DNA of 64,000 nucleotides from an uncultured bacterium (lineage in GTDB: Bacteria > Fidelibacterota > Marinisomatia > Marinisomatales > Marinisomataceae), in the NCBI GenBank assembly GCA_905182795.1, contig CAJJCZ010000004.1:68506-132505 (forward strand), written 5' to 3'. The notes under the pieces were generated by a model. It searched no databases. It saw nothing but the letters and a program-made list of their open reading frames with translations, and was not told the DNA's origin. The translations under genes were made by a program, and so were the position numbers. This document shows positions 17,241 to 27,271 of the stretch, one piece after another; position 1 is the stretch's first letter, and every line of letters begins with the position of its first letter.

Positions 17241-19457
17241 TTAATTTTGATCACTATTAGATAAGTGCTCAATTAGGAAGCTAGATATCTTATTATATAC
17301 ATGCTTATAGTTTGCTCGACCATCAACTTTAGTCTCTTCAGATGTTAAAAAATTGTTATTTCTGACGCCATGATTTGCATTAGAGTATATAAACATTTCC
17401 ATATGCTTACCTTTTTCTGCATATGCTTTAGCTAATTTGAGCGAATGTTGATGATGTACGTTATCGTCTGCATTTCCATGAATCTGAAGTAAAAAACCTT
17501 TTGCCTTATCAACATGAGTTAAAACAGACGTGTTCTTATAGCCTTCAGGGTTTTCATCAACAAGACCCATATATCTTTCTGTCCATATTGTATCATATAA
17601 TAAAGGATCTACATTTGGAGCAACAGAGACACCTGCTTTAAAATAGTCACTACCTAAGGTCATACACATATTTGTTAAATAACCACCACCGCTCCATCCC
17701 CATACCCCAATATTATCTCCATCCACATAAGTCAAACTTTGTAAATATTTAGCTGCAGCAATATGATCTATAACAAGATATTTTCCATAGTCCCCATAAG
17801 CAAAGTCTTTAAAAGCTTTTCCTCTGCCTCCAGTTCCTCTATTATCAAATGAGAAAATGATAAATCCTCTTTGTGCAAAATATTGATGGAAAGAATGGTT
17901 TCCAGCTCCCCATCTATTTTTTACCATTTGAGATCCAGGGCCTCCATAATTATAAAGAATAACTGGATACTGATTCATCGAATCAAAATTATGTGGCAAT
18001 GTAATAATACCATTCAATCTAGTACCATCGTCGGTAAATAGATTTACATGTCTAGGATATGTAAATCCATAATCATCAAACTTACTCTTATCTGTAGTTG
18101 ACAATGTACGTTTAATTGCACCGGAATTTGATCTTAAAACAGTTTTCGGAGTTCTCGTAAAGCTAGAATGAGTATTGATAAAATAATTTTTTGTTTGAGA
18201 GAAAGACGCAGAATGACTGCCTTCTTCTTTTGTAAGCCTTTTTAGTCTTGAGCCATTAAATTTCACAGAATAAACATGGTCTTCCATTTCAGACTCTTTT
18301 TTTGCATTGAAATAGATAATTTCATTTTCTTCATCAATAGCATTGATTCCATTGACCTCCCAATTACCTCTTGTAATTTGATTGATAAATTTTCCATCTG
18401 TACGACTTCTATAAATATGCTTAAATCCATCACGTTCAGACATCCAAATAATTTCTCCATTATTTAATATATCAATATTGAAAACACCTGACATTCCAAA
18501 AAAATCAAACGCATCAATCCAGGTATCATTTTTATCATTTAATACTAAGGTGTTTTGATTGGTATCAATATCATGCCTATATAATTTCCAGTCATTTTGT
18601 TTCCTATTTAACGTAGTAACAAAGAAATTATTACTATTTCTTTGCCATAGTATATTTGGAATGTAGTAGGAATCTTTTGGTAAAGTACGAATATCAGCCT
18701 GTTGATTAATAACATCTATCAAGCCAATTGAAACTTCCGGATTATCTTCTCCTGCCTTAGGATAGCGTATATATTTTACTGTAGGATATTTGGTTTCATA
18801 GTCAATAAGTGGATACTTTTTCACCATAGATTGATCTTCTCTACAAAAAGCTATATACTGACTATTTGGACTCCATCTATATGCATCATAACTACCAAAC
18901 TCTTCTTCATAAACCCAACCAAAATGACCATTTAGAATAGTTTCACTACCGTCAAAGGTTAATTGTGTCTGTTCGAGACTGGCTAATGAATATATATAAA
19001 GATTGTTATCATTTCTTACATAAGATATATAATCACTATTAGGAGAAAATTTTACATTACGTAAACTATCAGGCTCATCGGATACAGACTGAATGCTTTC
19101 GGTCTTAATATCATAGACGTGATAAGTTCCATAAGAAGAATGTCTCCATATTTGAACACTATTTGTTTTTAATAATAGTTTTGTTTGGTCATTGTTAAAC
19201 GTTGAACTAAATCGATCTATTGTATCAGTATCAATTGAGAAAGCCTTCGTAGTATCATCTGAAGCTAGATTATATTTATAAAAATGTTTTCCATCTGAAT
19301 CAGATTCAGAAAAATAGTAAGCATCTTCTCCGTTTACCCAATCAAATCTTCCAATACTTGATGAACTAAAATCTCCATTAAAGATATTGTCTAATTCAAT
19401 TGTCTTATCTTGAGAAATGACTAGTGTCGATAGCAATATGATTAGTAAAAAACGCAT
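17241..19457 (-). CDS. Dipeptidyl peptidase IV-like S9 serine peptidase
   Basis: Signal peptide, NGHFGWVYEEEF, YPKAG, GWSGGG nucleophile, HGNADDNVH, ANHG. Confidence 0.93.
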   Translation of the reverse strand: MRFLLIILLSTLVISQDKTIELDNIFNGDFSSSSIGRFDWVNGEDAYYFSESDSDGKHFYKYNLASDDTTKAFSIDTDTIDRFSSTFNNDQTKLLLKTNSVQIWRHSSYGTYHVYDIKTESIQSVSDEPDSLRNVKFSPNSDYISYVRNDNNLYIYSLASLEQTQLTFDGSETILNGHFGWVYEEEFGSYDAYRWSPNSQYIAFCREDQSMVKKYPLIDYETKYPTVKYIRYPKAGEDNPEVSIGLIDVINQQADIRTLPKDSYYIPNILWQRNSNNFFVTTLNRKQNDWKLYRHDIDTNQNTLVLNDKNDTWIDAFDFFGMSGVFNIDILNNGEIIWMSERDGFKHIYRSRTDGKFINQITRGNWEVNGINAIDEENEIIYFNAKKESEMEDHVYSVKFNGSRLKRLTKEEGSHSASFSQTKNYFINTHSSFTRTPKTVLRSNSGAIKRTLSTTDKSKFDDYGFTYPRHVNLFTDDGTRLNGIITLPHNFDSMNQYPVILYNYGGPGSQMVKNRWGAGNHSFHQYFAQRGFIIFSFDNRGTGGRGKAFKDFAYGDYGKYLVIDHIAAAKYLQSLTYVDGDNIGVWGWSGGGYLTNMCMTLGSDYFKAGVSVAPNVDPLLYDTIWTERYMGLVDENPEGYKNTSVLTHVDKAKGFLLQIHGNADDNVHHQHSLKLAKAYAEKGKHMEMFIYSNANHGVRNNNFLTSEETKVDGRANYKHVYNKISSFLIEHLSNSDQN

Positions 19458-19515
19458 GAAACAATAATACCGAGTTTTTTAAACAAAATCACCTAAATAC
19501 TTTATGTAAATAGTT

Positions 19516-19544
19516 TTGCTTTCCCATGTATGCTTATATAAATT
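19516..19544 (+). promoter_or_regulatory. Putative sigma70 promoter of the PPIase gene
   Basis: TTGCTT-N17-TAAATT, 8 nt before ATG 19553. Confidence 0.5.
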
Positions 19545-19552
19545 CCATGCTT

Positions 19553-21415
19553 ATGGGTATTATTACAAACATGCGTAATCGAATGCAAGTAGTGATGTGG
19601 ACTATTTTAGTTCTCTTCGTTACAAGCATGGCTATTGGTGGCCTTGTAGGTGGAGCTAGTATTGGCGATATCTTTGGTCAACAGAACGGAAGTCATGTTG
19701 GATCATTAAATGGTAAACCAATTTTATATGAAAATTTTAATCGTTTAGTTAGTGACGAAATTATCAGATTACAATCTCAATCAGCTCAAGATATAACTGA
19801 TGAAGACAGAGAGTATATTCGAGCAGTAGTTTGGGAAAGGATCATACAAGACTTATTGATTCAAGAACAAATTGAAAAGAACAACATTGTTATAAGCGAT
19901 GAAGAAGTTCTTTATCAACTAAAAAATAATCCTCCTCCATTCTTACGAGCAAGCACTGCCTTCCAGACTGCTGGAAATTTTGATTTAGAAAAATATATGG
20001 ATGCAATTCTCAATCCAGGCGAATTAGATTGGCGTCCAATTGAAGAATTTATGCGTGATGTATATCTTCCAAATTATAAACTTCAACAATTAGTCGTTAA
20101 TAGCGCATCTACATCAAAACAAGATGTTATAGATAGCTACAGGTCACGATTTATAAACTATAAAATTGAGATATTGCACATCACAGATAAAGCTTTAGAA
20201 GATAATGATTTCTTTGACGGCATGATGGCGGGTCGCCCTACTGATCAAGAATTGAATGAATTATACAATGAAAATATTGAAGATTATAAACAATCAGAAA
20301 TGCGTTATATGAAATATGTTAAATGGCCTATAGTTTCTAGCTCTAACGATTCATTGCGTACAAAACTTGAAGCTGAAAATTTAATGTATCGTATTAATCA
20401 AGGCGAAAATTTTGAGAGTATAGCAAATATGTATACCGAAGATCCTAGCAATAGTATGGGCGAAGATGCACCAAAAGGTGGAAGTCTTGGATGGTTCAAT
20501 AAAGGTATAATGATATCTGAATTTGACAAAGCAGCTTTTGAAGCTGAATCCGGTGACTTAGTTGGTCCTGTAGTAACAAATTTTGGTTATCATATTATTA
20601 AAGTAAATGATAAAAAAATATTAGAAGATGGAACAGAGCAAGTTAATGCTTCTCACATTCTTTTGACTGTATCTCCTGGAAAAGACACTGAAAGCAATTT
20701 AAGTGATACCGCTAATATTTTCTCCTTAGATGCTAAAGAGAGTGGATTTACTCAGCTAGCAGATTCTTTAGGTATGACTATCGGTGATGCAAATGGAGTG
20801 CAAAAAGAATCAATCTTTATTCAAGATATTGGAGTAGCAAGAGATGCTGTAAGATTCGCATTTAATAGTAATCCTGGTGATATCTCTGACGCAGTAAGTA
20901 ATGATAATTATATTCTTATCTTCTATTTAGACTCTATATCAGAAGAAGAAACAATAAATTTTGAAGAAGTTGAAGAAGAATTGAAGATCCAGTATTTAGC
21001 AGAAACTCAAAAAAGAAATCTTAAAAATATTGCCCAAGATATTTCGAAAGAACTTAACAATGAAACAACAACATTTTCTGATATAGCTAATAACAATTCT
21101 AGCTTTGAATATATTGCAGAAGATAGTGGAAATTTAGTAGGAAGCTTTGAGTCAATTGGAAAAAGTAATTATGTATCAGGTGCATTACTTAATGCTAATG
21201 CGGGTGATATATTTGGCCCACTTCCAACATTAAGGGGTCAAACATTTATTAAAGTGTTAGAGATAGATCAAATCAATGAATCAGATTTTGAAGAAAAGAA
21301 AGAATCGTTAAAGTTTAGCTTAATCATTCAAAGACAAAACTTAATTTGGGGTCATTGGTTGCAAGCGCTTCGTGATGAGTCTGAAATTGAAGATTATCGT
21401 TTTGATTTCTATTAA
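19553..21415 (+). CDS. PpiD/SurA-like parvulin peptidyl-prolyl isomerase
   Basis: N-terminal TM, SurA-like domain, KGGSLGWF...FDKAAF...GPVVTNFGYHIIKV rotamase motif. Start refined to ATG 19553 (track gives 19526). Confidence 0.85.
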   Translation: MGIITNMRNRMQVVMWTILVLFVTSMAIGGLVGGASIGDIFGQQNGSHVGSLNGKPILYENFNRLVSDEIIRLQSQSAQDITDEDREYIRAVVWERIIQDLLIQEQIEKNNIVISDEEVLYQLKNNPPPFLRASTAFQTAGNFDLEKYMDAILNPGELDWRPIEEFMRDVYLPNYKLQQLVVNSASTSKQDVIDSYRSRFINYKIEILHITDKALEDNDFFDGMMAGRPTDQELNELYNENIEDYKQSEMRYMKYVKWPIVSSSNDSLRTKLEAENLMYRINQGENFESIANMYTEDPSNSMGEDAPKGGSLGWFNKGIMISEFDKAAFEAESGDLVGPVVTNFGYHIIKVNDKKILEDGTEQVNASHILLTVSPGKDTESNLSDTANIFSLDAKESGFTQLADSLGMTIGDANGVQKESIFIQDIGVARDAVRFAFNSNPGDISDAVSNDNYILIFYLDSISEEETINFEEVEEELKIQYLAETQKRNLKNIAQDISKELNNETTTFSDIANNNSSFEYIAEDSGNLVGSFESIGKSNYVSGALLNANAGDIFGPLPTLRGQTFIKVLEIDQINESDFEEKKESLKFSLIIQRQNLIWGHWLQALRDESEIEDYRFDFY

Positions 21416-22356
21416 AACTCTCTAAAAACACCCAACTTATTATACCTAGCTACTCTAGAATCTAAATAAGTCATACTATCATCTTTTTTAAAAGAATCAA
21501 TTTCATCAATAACGGCGTTTTTCACAATCAAAAGAGTTTCATCAAAATGACGATGTGCCCCACCCACTGGCTCATGAATAATCATATTACAGATATCATG
21601 CTCCATAAGATCTTTAGGTCTGAGTTTTAAGGCTTCAGCTGCTTGTGGAGCTTTTGAAGAATCTTTCCATAAAATTGAAGCGCAACCTTCTGGGCTAATT
21701 ACTGAAAACCAAGTATTTTCTAACATTAACATTTTATCACATAAACCAATACCTAAAGCACCGCCACTAGCACCTTCTCCAATTACTACAGATAAAATTT
21801 GTGTATCTATAGAAGCCATTTCTATCAAATTATTAGCAATAGCAAATCCCTGACCTCTCTCTTCTGCCGCAATACCTGGATCAGCTCCTGGAGTGTCAAT
21901 CAAGGTAACAATAGGTAAATGAAATTTTTCTGCAATTTTCATTACACGCAATGCCTTGCGATAGCCTTCAGGTTTCATCATCCCAAAATTTCTATATAAA
22001 TTTTCTTTTGTATTTCTACCTTTTTGCTGTCCTATAATAGCAACTCGATGCTTACCAATTGTACCGATTCCTGCTACTACAGCATGATCATCAGCAAATG
22101 CCTTATCACCGTGCAGCTCAATGAAATCATCGCACCAAGCGTCAATATAGTCTAAAGTGTAGGGTCTATTAGGATGTCTAGCAATTTGTACTGTTTCCCA
22201 TGCACCTAATTCAGAAAAAATCTCTTTTTCTTTCTGACCTCTCTCTGCTTTTAATTGATTTAGTTTATCAGATTCAGAATCAATAGAAATTAAATTTTCA
22301 ATGTCTTGATCCAAATCTTTTAAAGGTTTTTCGAAAGTTAAGTAATATTTTTTCAT
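21412..22356 (-). CDS. accA: Acetyl-CoA carboxylase carboxyltransferase alpha
   Basis: ARHPNRP, ELHGDK, PEGYRKALR, DTPGA, GEGASGGAL, SVISPEGCASILW. Confidence 0.97.
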   Translation of the reverse strand: MKKYYLTFEKPLKDLDQDIENLISIDSESDKLNQLKAERGQKEKEIFSELGAWETVQIARHPNRPYTLDYIDAWCDDFIELHGDKAFADDHAVVAGIGTIGKHRVAIIGQQKGRNTKENLYRNFGMMKPEGYRKALRVMKIAEKFHLPIVTLIDTPGADPGIAAEERGQGFAIANNLIEMASIDTQILSVVIGEGASGGALGIGLCDKMLMLENTWFSVISPEGCASILWKDSSKAPQAAEALKLRPKDLMEHDICNMIIHEPVGGAHRHFDETLLIVKNAVIDEIDSFKKDDSMTYLDSRVARYNKLGVFREF

Positions 22357-23067
22357 CTATTTTTTTAGTTTAAATAATCTCCAAAATCCAAATAACCATA
22401 CCTTAAAAATTGCTTCAATCATTACATTTTTACTCATTTTAGATTCGCCAATAGTGCGATCTGTAAATACTATTGGATGTTCGATTAATTTGCAAGCTTT
22501 TTGATAAGCTCGAAATGATGTTTCAATCTGAAAACAATAGCCTTGGGATGAACTTTCATTAAAGTTAATTAAACGTAACGTTTCAGAATTCCATGCTTTA
22601 AAACCAGCAGTCAGATCTTTAACGGGCACTCCTGTAATTATTCTTGCATAAAGATTAGCAAAATAACTGATATAAAGTCTACTAATTGGCCAATTTATGA
22701 CTCTTAATCCACCATGATATCGACTACCTATAACCAAATCATACTCATTCAATAAACCAAACATAGCGGGGACCTCATTCGGATCATGAGATAAGTCAGC
22801 ATCCATTTGAATAATTTTATCATATTTATTTTTTAATCCCCAGTTAAAACCGTGTATATACGCAGAACCTAAACCACTTTTTTCTGCTCGTTTTTCTATG
22901 AAAACATTATTACTATTATAATCTTTTGCAATACGAGCTGTATTATCTGGAGAACTATCATCTACAATCAAAATATCTAGATCTATATCTAAATTTAAAA
23001 GCATATCCATAATATTAATAATATTTTTTGATTCATTATAAGTGGGAAGTATGACTAATTTTTTCAT
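22357..23067 (-). CDS. Polyprenol monophosphomannose synthase-like GT2
   Basis: PTYNE, VDDSSPD, GLGSAY, MDADLSH, GSRY. Confidence 0.9.
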   Translation of the reverse strand: MKKLVILPTYNESKNIINIMDMLLNLDIDLDILIVDDSSPDNTARIAKDYNSNNVFIEKRAEKSGLGSAYIHGFNWGLKNKYDKIIQMDADLSHDPNEVPAMFGLLNEYDLVIGSRYHGGLRVINWPISRLYISYFANLYARIITGVPVKDLTAGFKAWNSETLRLINFNESSSQGYCFQIETSFRAYQKACKLIEHPIVFTDRTIGESKMSKNVMIEAIFKVWLFGFWRLFKLKK

Positions 23068-24083
23068 TATTTTGTTTTTAATGTTTTAGAGAATAGTTCC
23101 ATCTGTTTCATATAAAATGCTTTTCTTCCACCTGGATTGAAAATCATATAAGTCACATAAAATGTTTTATCAGATGCATAGTCATAAAATAAATATCCCA
23201 CAAACGGACCGCCTTTTGCCTGATCAATAGATTCCCACAGTCCAGATAATCTATAAGCTACATCATCTCGATAGTCTACCCAATCAATTGACAAAAATTC
23301 TTTATTATACTGCTGTGACTTAAAATATGTTTGAGGAAAATGAGCTCCTAAGTCAATTGCATTTTCTTCGGAAAAATGATTTCCATCTTTCCACTGTACG
23401 GCCATCCATCTAAATGGCATTTCTTGACCAATCCATACAAAATTTGAATCTGGATTATTTCTTATCATCTCCCAGCCCCAGGGTAAATTAATACTCCATC
23501 CATAATCTGATAACAATTGAGCTTCTATATCTTCCTGTCGCTTAGATTCTAAAAAATATTGAGACTGTTTTTTATCAAAATTCTGATCAAATTTATTCTT
23601 AATTGAGTCTCCATTTTTTAATAAATATTCTCTGATATCGCTTTCTTTAGCACCGCTTAATATCATAAATAATTGGTTCTTAGCAAATTGATCTCTAGAT
23701 AAAACAACTGGATTATTTTCTAAGGTATTTTCAAATGCTTTTTTCCCTAATAATTTTCTAACAAGCTTAGTTGCAGGATTTAGCTCATAATCTCCAATAG
23801 AGGCAATAATTAAGTTTGTCTGGGTCTTTAGTGCTTCATAACTACTCGGATCTGCAAACTTTACATTATAAAATGGTTCTGGAGCCGGCGTTAAAAGAGT
23901 ATCATTAAATACTATAGACAACAAATTTCGTATATCGTTTCTATCTTCTTTAGCAGCAAGAACAACTAAATCGTCATTTGCTCCGATTGCATCCTTTTTT
24001 ATATCACAACTAAAAATTGCTATACAAAAAATAAAGATTGATAAATATTTAATTATGCGTTTTTTTTCTATTAGATAGTTCAT
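23067..24083 (-). CDS. DUF4837-like lipoprotein
   Basis: Lipobox IFSC; C-terminal GLW...GGPF..Y typical of this FCB family. Confidence 0.7.
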   Translation of the reverse strand: MNYLIEKKRIIKYLSIFIFCIAIFSCDIKKDAIGANDDLVVLAAKEDRNDIRNLLSIVFNDTLLTPAPEPFYNVKFADPSSYEALKTQTNLIIASIGDYELNPATKLVRKLLGKKAFENTLENNPVVLSRDQFAKNQLFMILSGAKESDIREYLLKNGDSIKNKFDQNFDKKQSQYFLESKRQEDIEAQLLSDYGWSINLPWGWEMIRNNPDSNFVWIGQEMPFRWMAVQWKDGNHFSEENAIDLGAHFPQTYFKSQQYNKEFLSIDWVDYRDDVAYRLSGLWESIDQAKGGPFVGYLFYDYASDKTFYVTYMIFNPGGRKAFYMKQMELFSKTLKTK

Positions 24084-24780
24084 ATAAAAATACCAGTACT
24101 AAAGTTAATAATAGGAAAATAGCCATTGGTTCCCACGTTAAAAAGGGATACCTAACAAATCTTTCGCTTGCAGTAGTTGGTGCCTCTAGAGATGTATTCT
24201 CAGTGCTTATATTAGCAGCATACTGAATAGATGTAAAGCCATGCGGGTTATAATAACTAAAAAATAGTGCTTTCTTACCAAATTTTGAATAATTGCTATC
24301 TATACCCTGCATAAATGTCAGTCCATTTTGATCACGAATTTTTTCTAATTTGGTATCTCCGGCATCAGCAAGAAAGTCTTTTGCGGCAAACGGTACTTGG
24401 AAACTGAATATTAATGCATCTACATCTGTAGCAGACTCAAATAAATATAAAAAATCTCTAGGACCTGGATCGTTAATAAATTTTTCTAGAAATAGATAAA
24501 TAGTATGATTACCACTTTGCTTTATCGTAGTCAAGATATTGTCATTTATTTCTACAATTTTTTCGAATTCAGACTCATTGCTTGATATTGTATACAATAC
24601 AGAATCAATTCCACTAGGTATTTGAAAATCATATTGTGATACCGAATCTGTATCAAATTTATATTCTATTGCTACTCCGGGATATGAAAACTCTGGATAG
24701 ACAGTTACAGATAGCGTGTCAATGACAGACTGTCCAAAAATTGATCCCGAAAACAGGATAAAAAACATTAGTTTTCTCAT
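24049..24780 (-). CDS. Hypothetical exported protein with C-terminal membrane anchor
   Basis: Signal peptide plus C-terminal TM; coupled within the operon. Confidence 0.65.
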   Translation of the reverse strand: MRKLMFFILFSGSIFGQSVIDTLSVTVYPEFSYPGVAIEYKFDTDSVSQYDFQIPSGIDSVLYTISSNESEFEKIVEINDNILTTIKQSGNHTIYLFLEKFINDPGPRDFLYLFESATDVDALIFSFQVPFAAKDFLADAGDTKLEKIRDQNGLTFMQGIDSNYSKFGKKALFFSYYNPHGFTSIQYAANISTENTSLEAPTTASERFVRYPFLTWEPMAIFLLLTLVLVFLYELSNRKKTHN

Positions 24781-24783
24781 ATC

Positions 24784-25488
24784 TTAAGTTAACTGAAAAA
24801 TAACAAATATATCATAAAATGAATGGGTAATTGCTGTAATGCCAAAACCTCTATTTATGTATAAAAATCCTAGTAATATTCCAGCAATAAATCGAACTGT
24901 AAATGCATCTTGAGTAAATGGTTCTGCGCCTATAAAATGAAATAAAGAAAATAAAATAGCTGATAAGATTAAGGCAAAGAACTGTGAAGAAAAATTACTC
25001 ATTGACTTGAATATGAATTTCATTAATTGATAAAAAATATAAAGTGAGAATACTCTGAATATTAACTCTTCATAGATTCCGGCTCCTAATGACAGGATTA
25101 TATTAAAATATGTATTCGCAACAGAACCATCCATCAGATAGAGACTCATGTTTCCGAGCATAAAAAATAGCAATAAAGCATAAAAAAAAGATTCTACTAA
25201 CATTATCAATAAGTATGATTTGTATATCTTGAAAGAATCATAATTTTTTTTCTGATAATAGACTACACTAAGAAATACTAATACAAATAAAGTAGATACT
25301 ACGTAGAAAATATCAAATCCTAAGGTAGAGATAGCTTCCTCTATTAGAACGTCAGCGCCATTTTTAATATAACTAAATTCAGTATCTCTCATTAAAAAGA
25401 TTCCTAATTCATATATTAGGAAAATAGGTAAAGTAATAACAAAGCTATAGAAAGAGGACTTAGATTTTTTCAGGTAATCTTGAATCAT
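24784..25488 (-). CDS. CPBP/Abi family intramembrane glutamic endopeptidase
   Basis: Multi-TM; EELIFR, FSLFH, THSFYD motifs. Confidence 0.85.
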   Translation of the reverse strand: MIQDYLKKSKSSFYSFVITLPIFLIYELGIFLMRDTEFSYIKNGADVLIEEAISTLGFDIFYVVSTLFVLVFLSVVYYQKKNYDSFKIYKSYLLIMLVESFFYALLLFFMLGNMSLYLMDGSVANTYFNIILSLGAGIYEELIFRVFSLYIFYQLMKFIFKSMSNFSSQFFALILSAILFSLFHFIGAEPFTQDAFTVRFIAGILLGFLYINRGFGITAITHSFYDIFVIFQLT

Positions 25489-25489
25489 A

Positions 25490-27271
25490 TCAAATTTTTA
25501 GAACAGCTAATAATGCCTCTTGTGGAACTTCAACTCTTCCAATCATCTTCATTCTCTTTTTTCCTTTTTTCTGCTTCTGTAATAATTTATTTTTTCGAGT
25601 TACATCTCCCCCGTATAGTTTTTCAGTTACATTTTTTCTAAATGGGGCAATATTAGTACGTGCAATTACTCTAGTTCCAATGGATGCTTGAATTGGAATT
25701 TGAATTTGATGTCTAGGAATTAGTTCTTTCAGCTTTTGACAAAGCGCTAATCCTCTATGATAGGAGTCTTTCTTTGAACAAATCATTGATAAAGCATCTA
25801 CTGGCTCCTTATTGATAAGAATATCAAGTCTATCTAATTTTCCTTCTCTATATTCTTTAAAAGCGTAGTCAAACGAAGCATATCCTTTTGATCCAGATTT
25901 AATGCTATCATAAAAATCAAATAATATTTCGCCTAAAGGTAGCTCATAGATTAATTGAACCTTAGAACTAGAAAGATAAGAGGTAGATTTATATTTTCCT
26001 CTTTTCTCTTGACAAATTTTCATTATATTGCCGATATAGTCTACTGGAGTTAAGATTTCTGCAGTAACAATTGGCTCCATAATACTTTCTAATATCTTTG
26101 GTTCTGGCAGTAAGGCAGGTCGCTGTACTTCAATTTGACTTCCATCTCTAAGATTTGCTAAATACTTAACATTTGGACTAGTAGTCACAATTGAAAGGTT
26201 GAATTCTCTCTCCAGTCTTTCTTGTATAATTTCCATATGTAGCAATCCTAAGAAACCACATCGATATCCAAAACCTAATGCATCACTTACTTCAGGTTCA
26301 AATGACAGAGAAGCATCATTTAATTTTAATTTCTCAAGTGCTGTACGTAAGTCATCATATTCTGCTGAATCAGCTGGAAATAATCCCGAAAATACCATTG
26401 GTTTAATTTTTTGAAAACCAGGAAGCGCCTCTTTGCACGGTTTGTTAACATTTGTTATTGTATCGCCTGGCAAAACATGCTCTATATCTCTCACATTTGC
26501 AATAATATAGCCTACTTCTCCGGCTTTCAAAGAATCAGACTTCTTTCTATCAATCACAAAATGACCAACTTCATCAATATCGTAATAAGTATTATGAGAA
26601 AAAAATTTAATCTTACTACCTCGACTTATAGACCCTTCATAAACACGAATATAGGCGACAACGCCGCGATATTTATCATAAATTGAGTCAAAAATTAATG
26701 CTTTAAAAGCATCATTTTTTGGAGGTTTTGGTGGAGGAATTTTATCAATTATTGTATCAATTATTGATTGGACACCTTCTCCGGTTTTAGCACTAGCAAA
26801 TAATATTTCTTCTTCTTCGCAACCTGTAAGTTCAATAATTTGATTGGTTACATTCTCAATATCTGCATTAGGCAGATCTACTTTATTGATTACTGGAATA
26901 ATTGTTAAATCACTACCTAAAGCTAATAAATAATTAGTTACAGTTTGAGCTTCAATACCTTGTGCGGCATCAACAATTAATAATGCTCCTTCACTAGCAG
27001 CTAATGTCCTAGAAACTTCATAGGTAAAATCAACATGTCCTGGAGTATCAATAAGGTTTAATATGTAGTCTTTATACTTAATTCGAATTGAATGACTTTT
27101 AATTGTAATGCCTCTCTCGCGCTCTAGCTCCATATTATCTAGAACCTGATTTTTCATATCCTTTTTAGAAATGGTACCCGTATCCTCGAGCAACCTGTCT
27201 GCTAAAGTTGATTTCCCATGATCGATATGGGCAATAATACAAAAGTTGCGAATTAAACTGATATCACTCAT
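25490..27271 (-). CDS. lepA: Elongation factor 4
   Basis: AHIDHGKSTL, ERERGITIK, DTPGHVDF, GFRCGFLGLLH, GGDVTRK. Confidence 0.98.
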   Translation of the reverse strand: MSDISLIRNFCIIAHIDHGKSTLADRLLEDTGTISKKDMKNQVLDNMELERERGITIKSHSIRIKYKDYILNLIDTPGHVDFTYEVSRTLAASEGALLIVDAAQGIEAQTVTNYLLALGSDLTIIPVINKVDLPNADIENVTNQIIELTGCEEEEILFASAKTGEGVQSIIDTIIDKIPPPKPPKNDAFKALIFDSIYDKYRGVVAYIRVYEGSISRGSKIKFFSHNTYYDIDEVGHFVIDRKKSDSLKAGEVGYIIANVRDIEHVLPGDTITNVNKPCKEALPGFQKIKPMVFSGLFPADSAEYDDLRTALEKLKLNDASLSFEPEVSDALGFGYRCGFLGLLHMEIIQERLEREFNLSIVTTSPNVKYLANLRDGSQIEVQRPALLPEPKILESIMEPIVTAEILTPVDYIGNIMKICQEKRGKYKSTSYLSSSKVQLIYELPLGEILFDFYDSIKSGSKGYASFDYAFKEYREGKLDRLDILINKEPVDALSMICSKKDSYHRGLALCQKLKELIPRHQIQIPIQASIGTRVIARTNIAPFRKNVTEKLYGGDVTRKNKLLQKQKKGKKRMKMIGRVEVPQEALLAVLKI

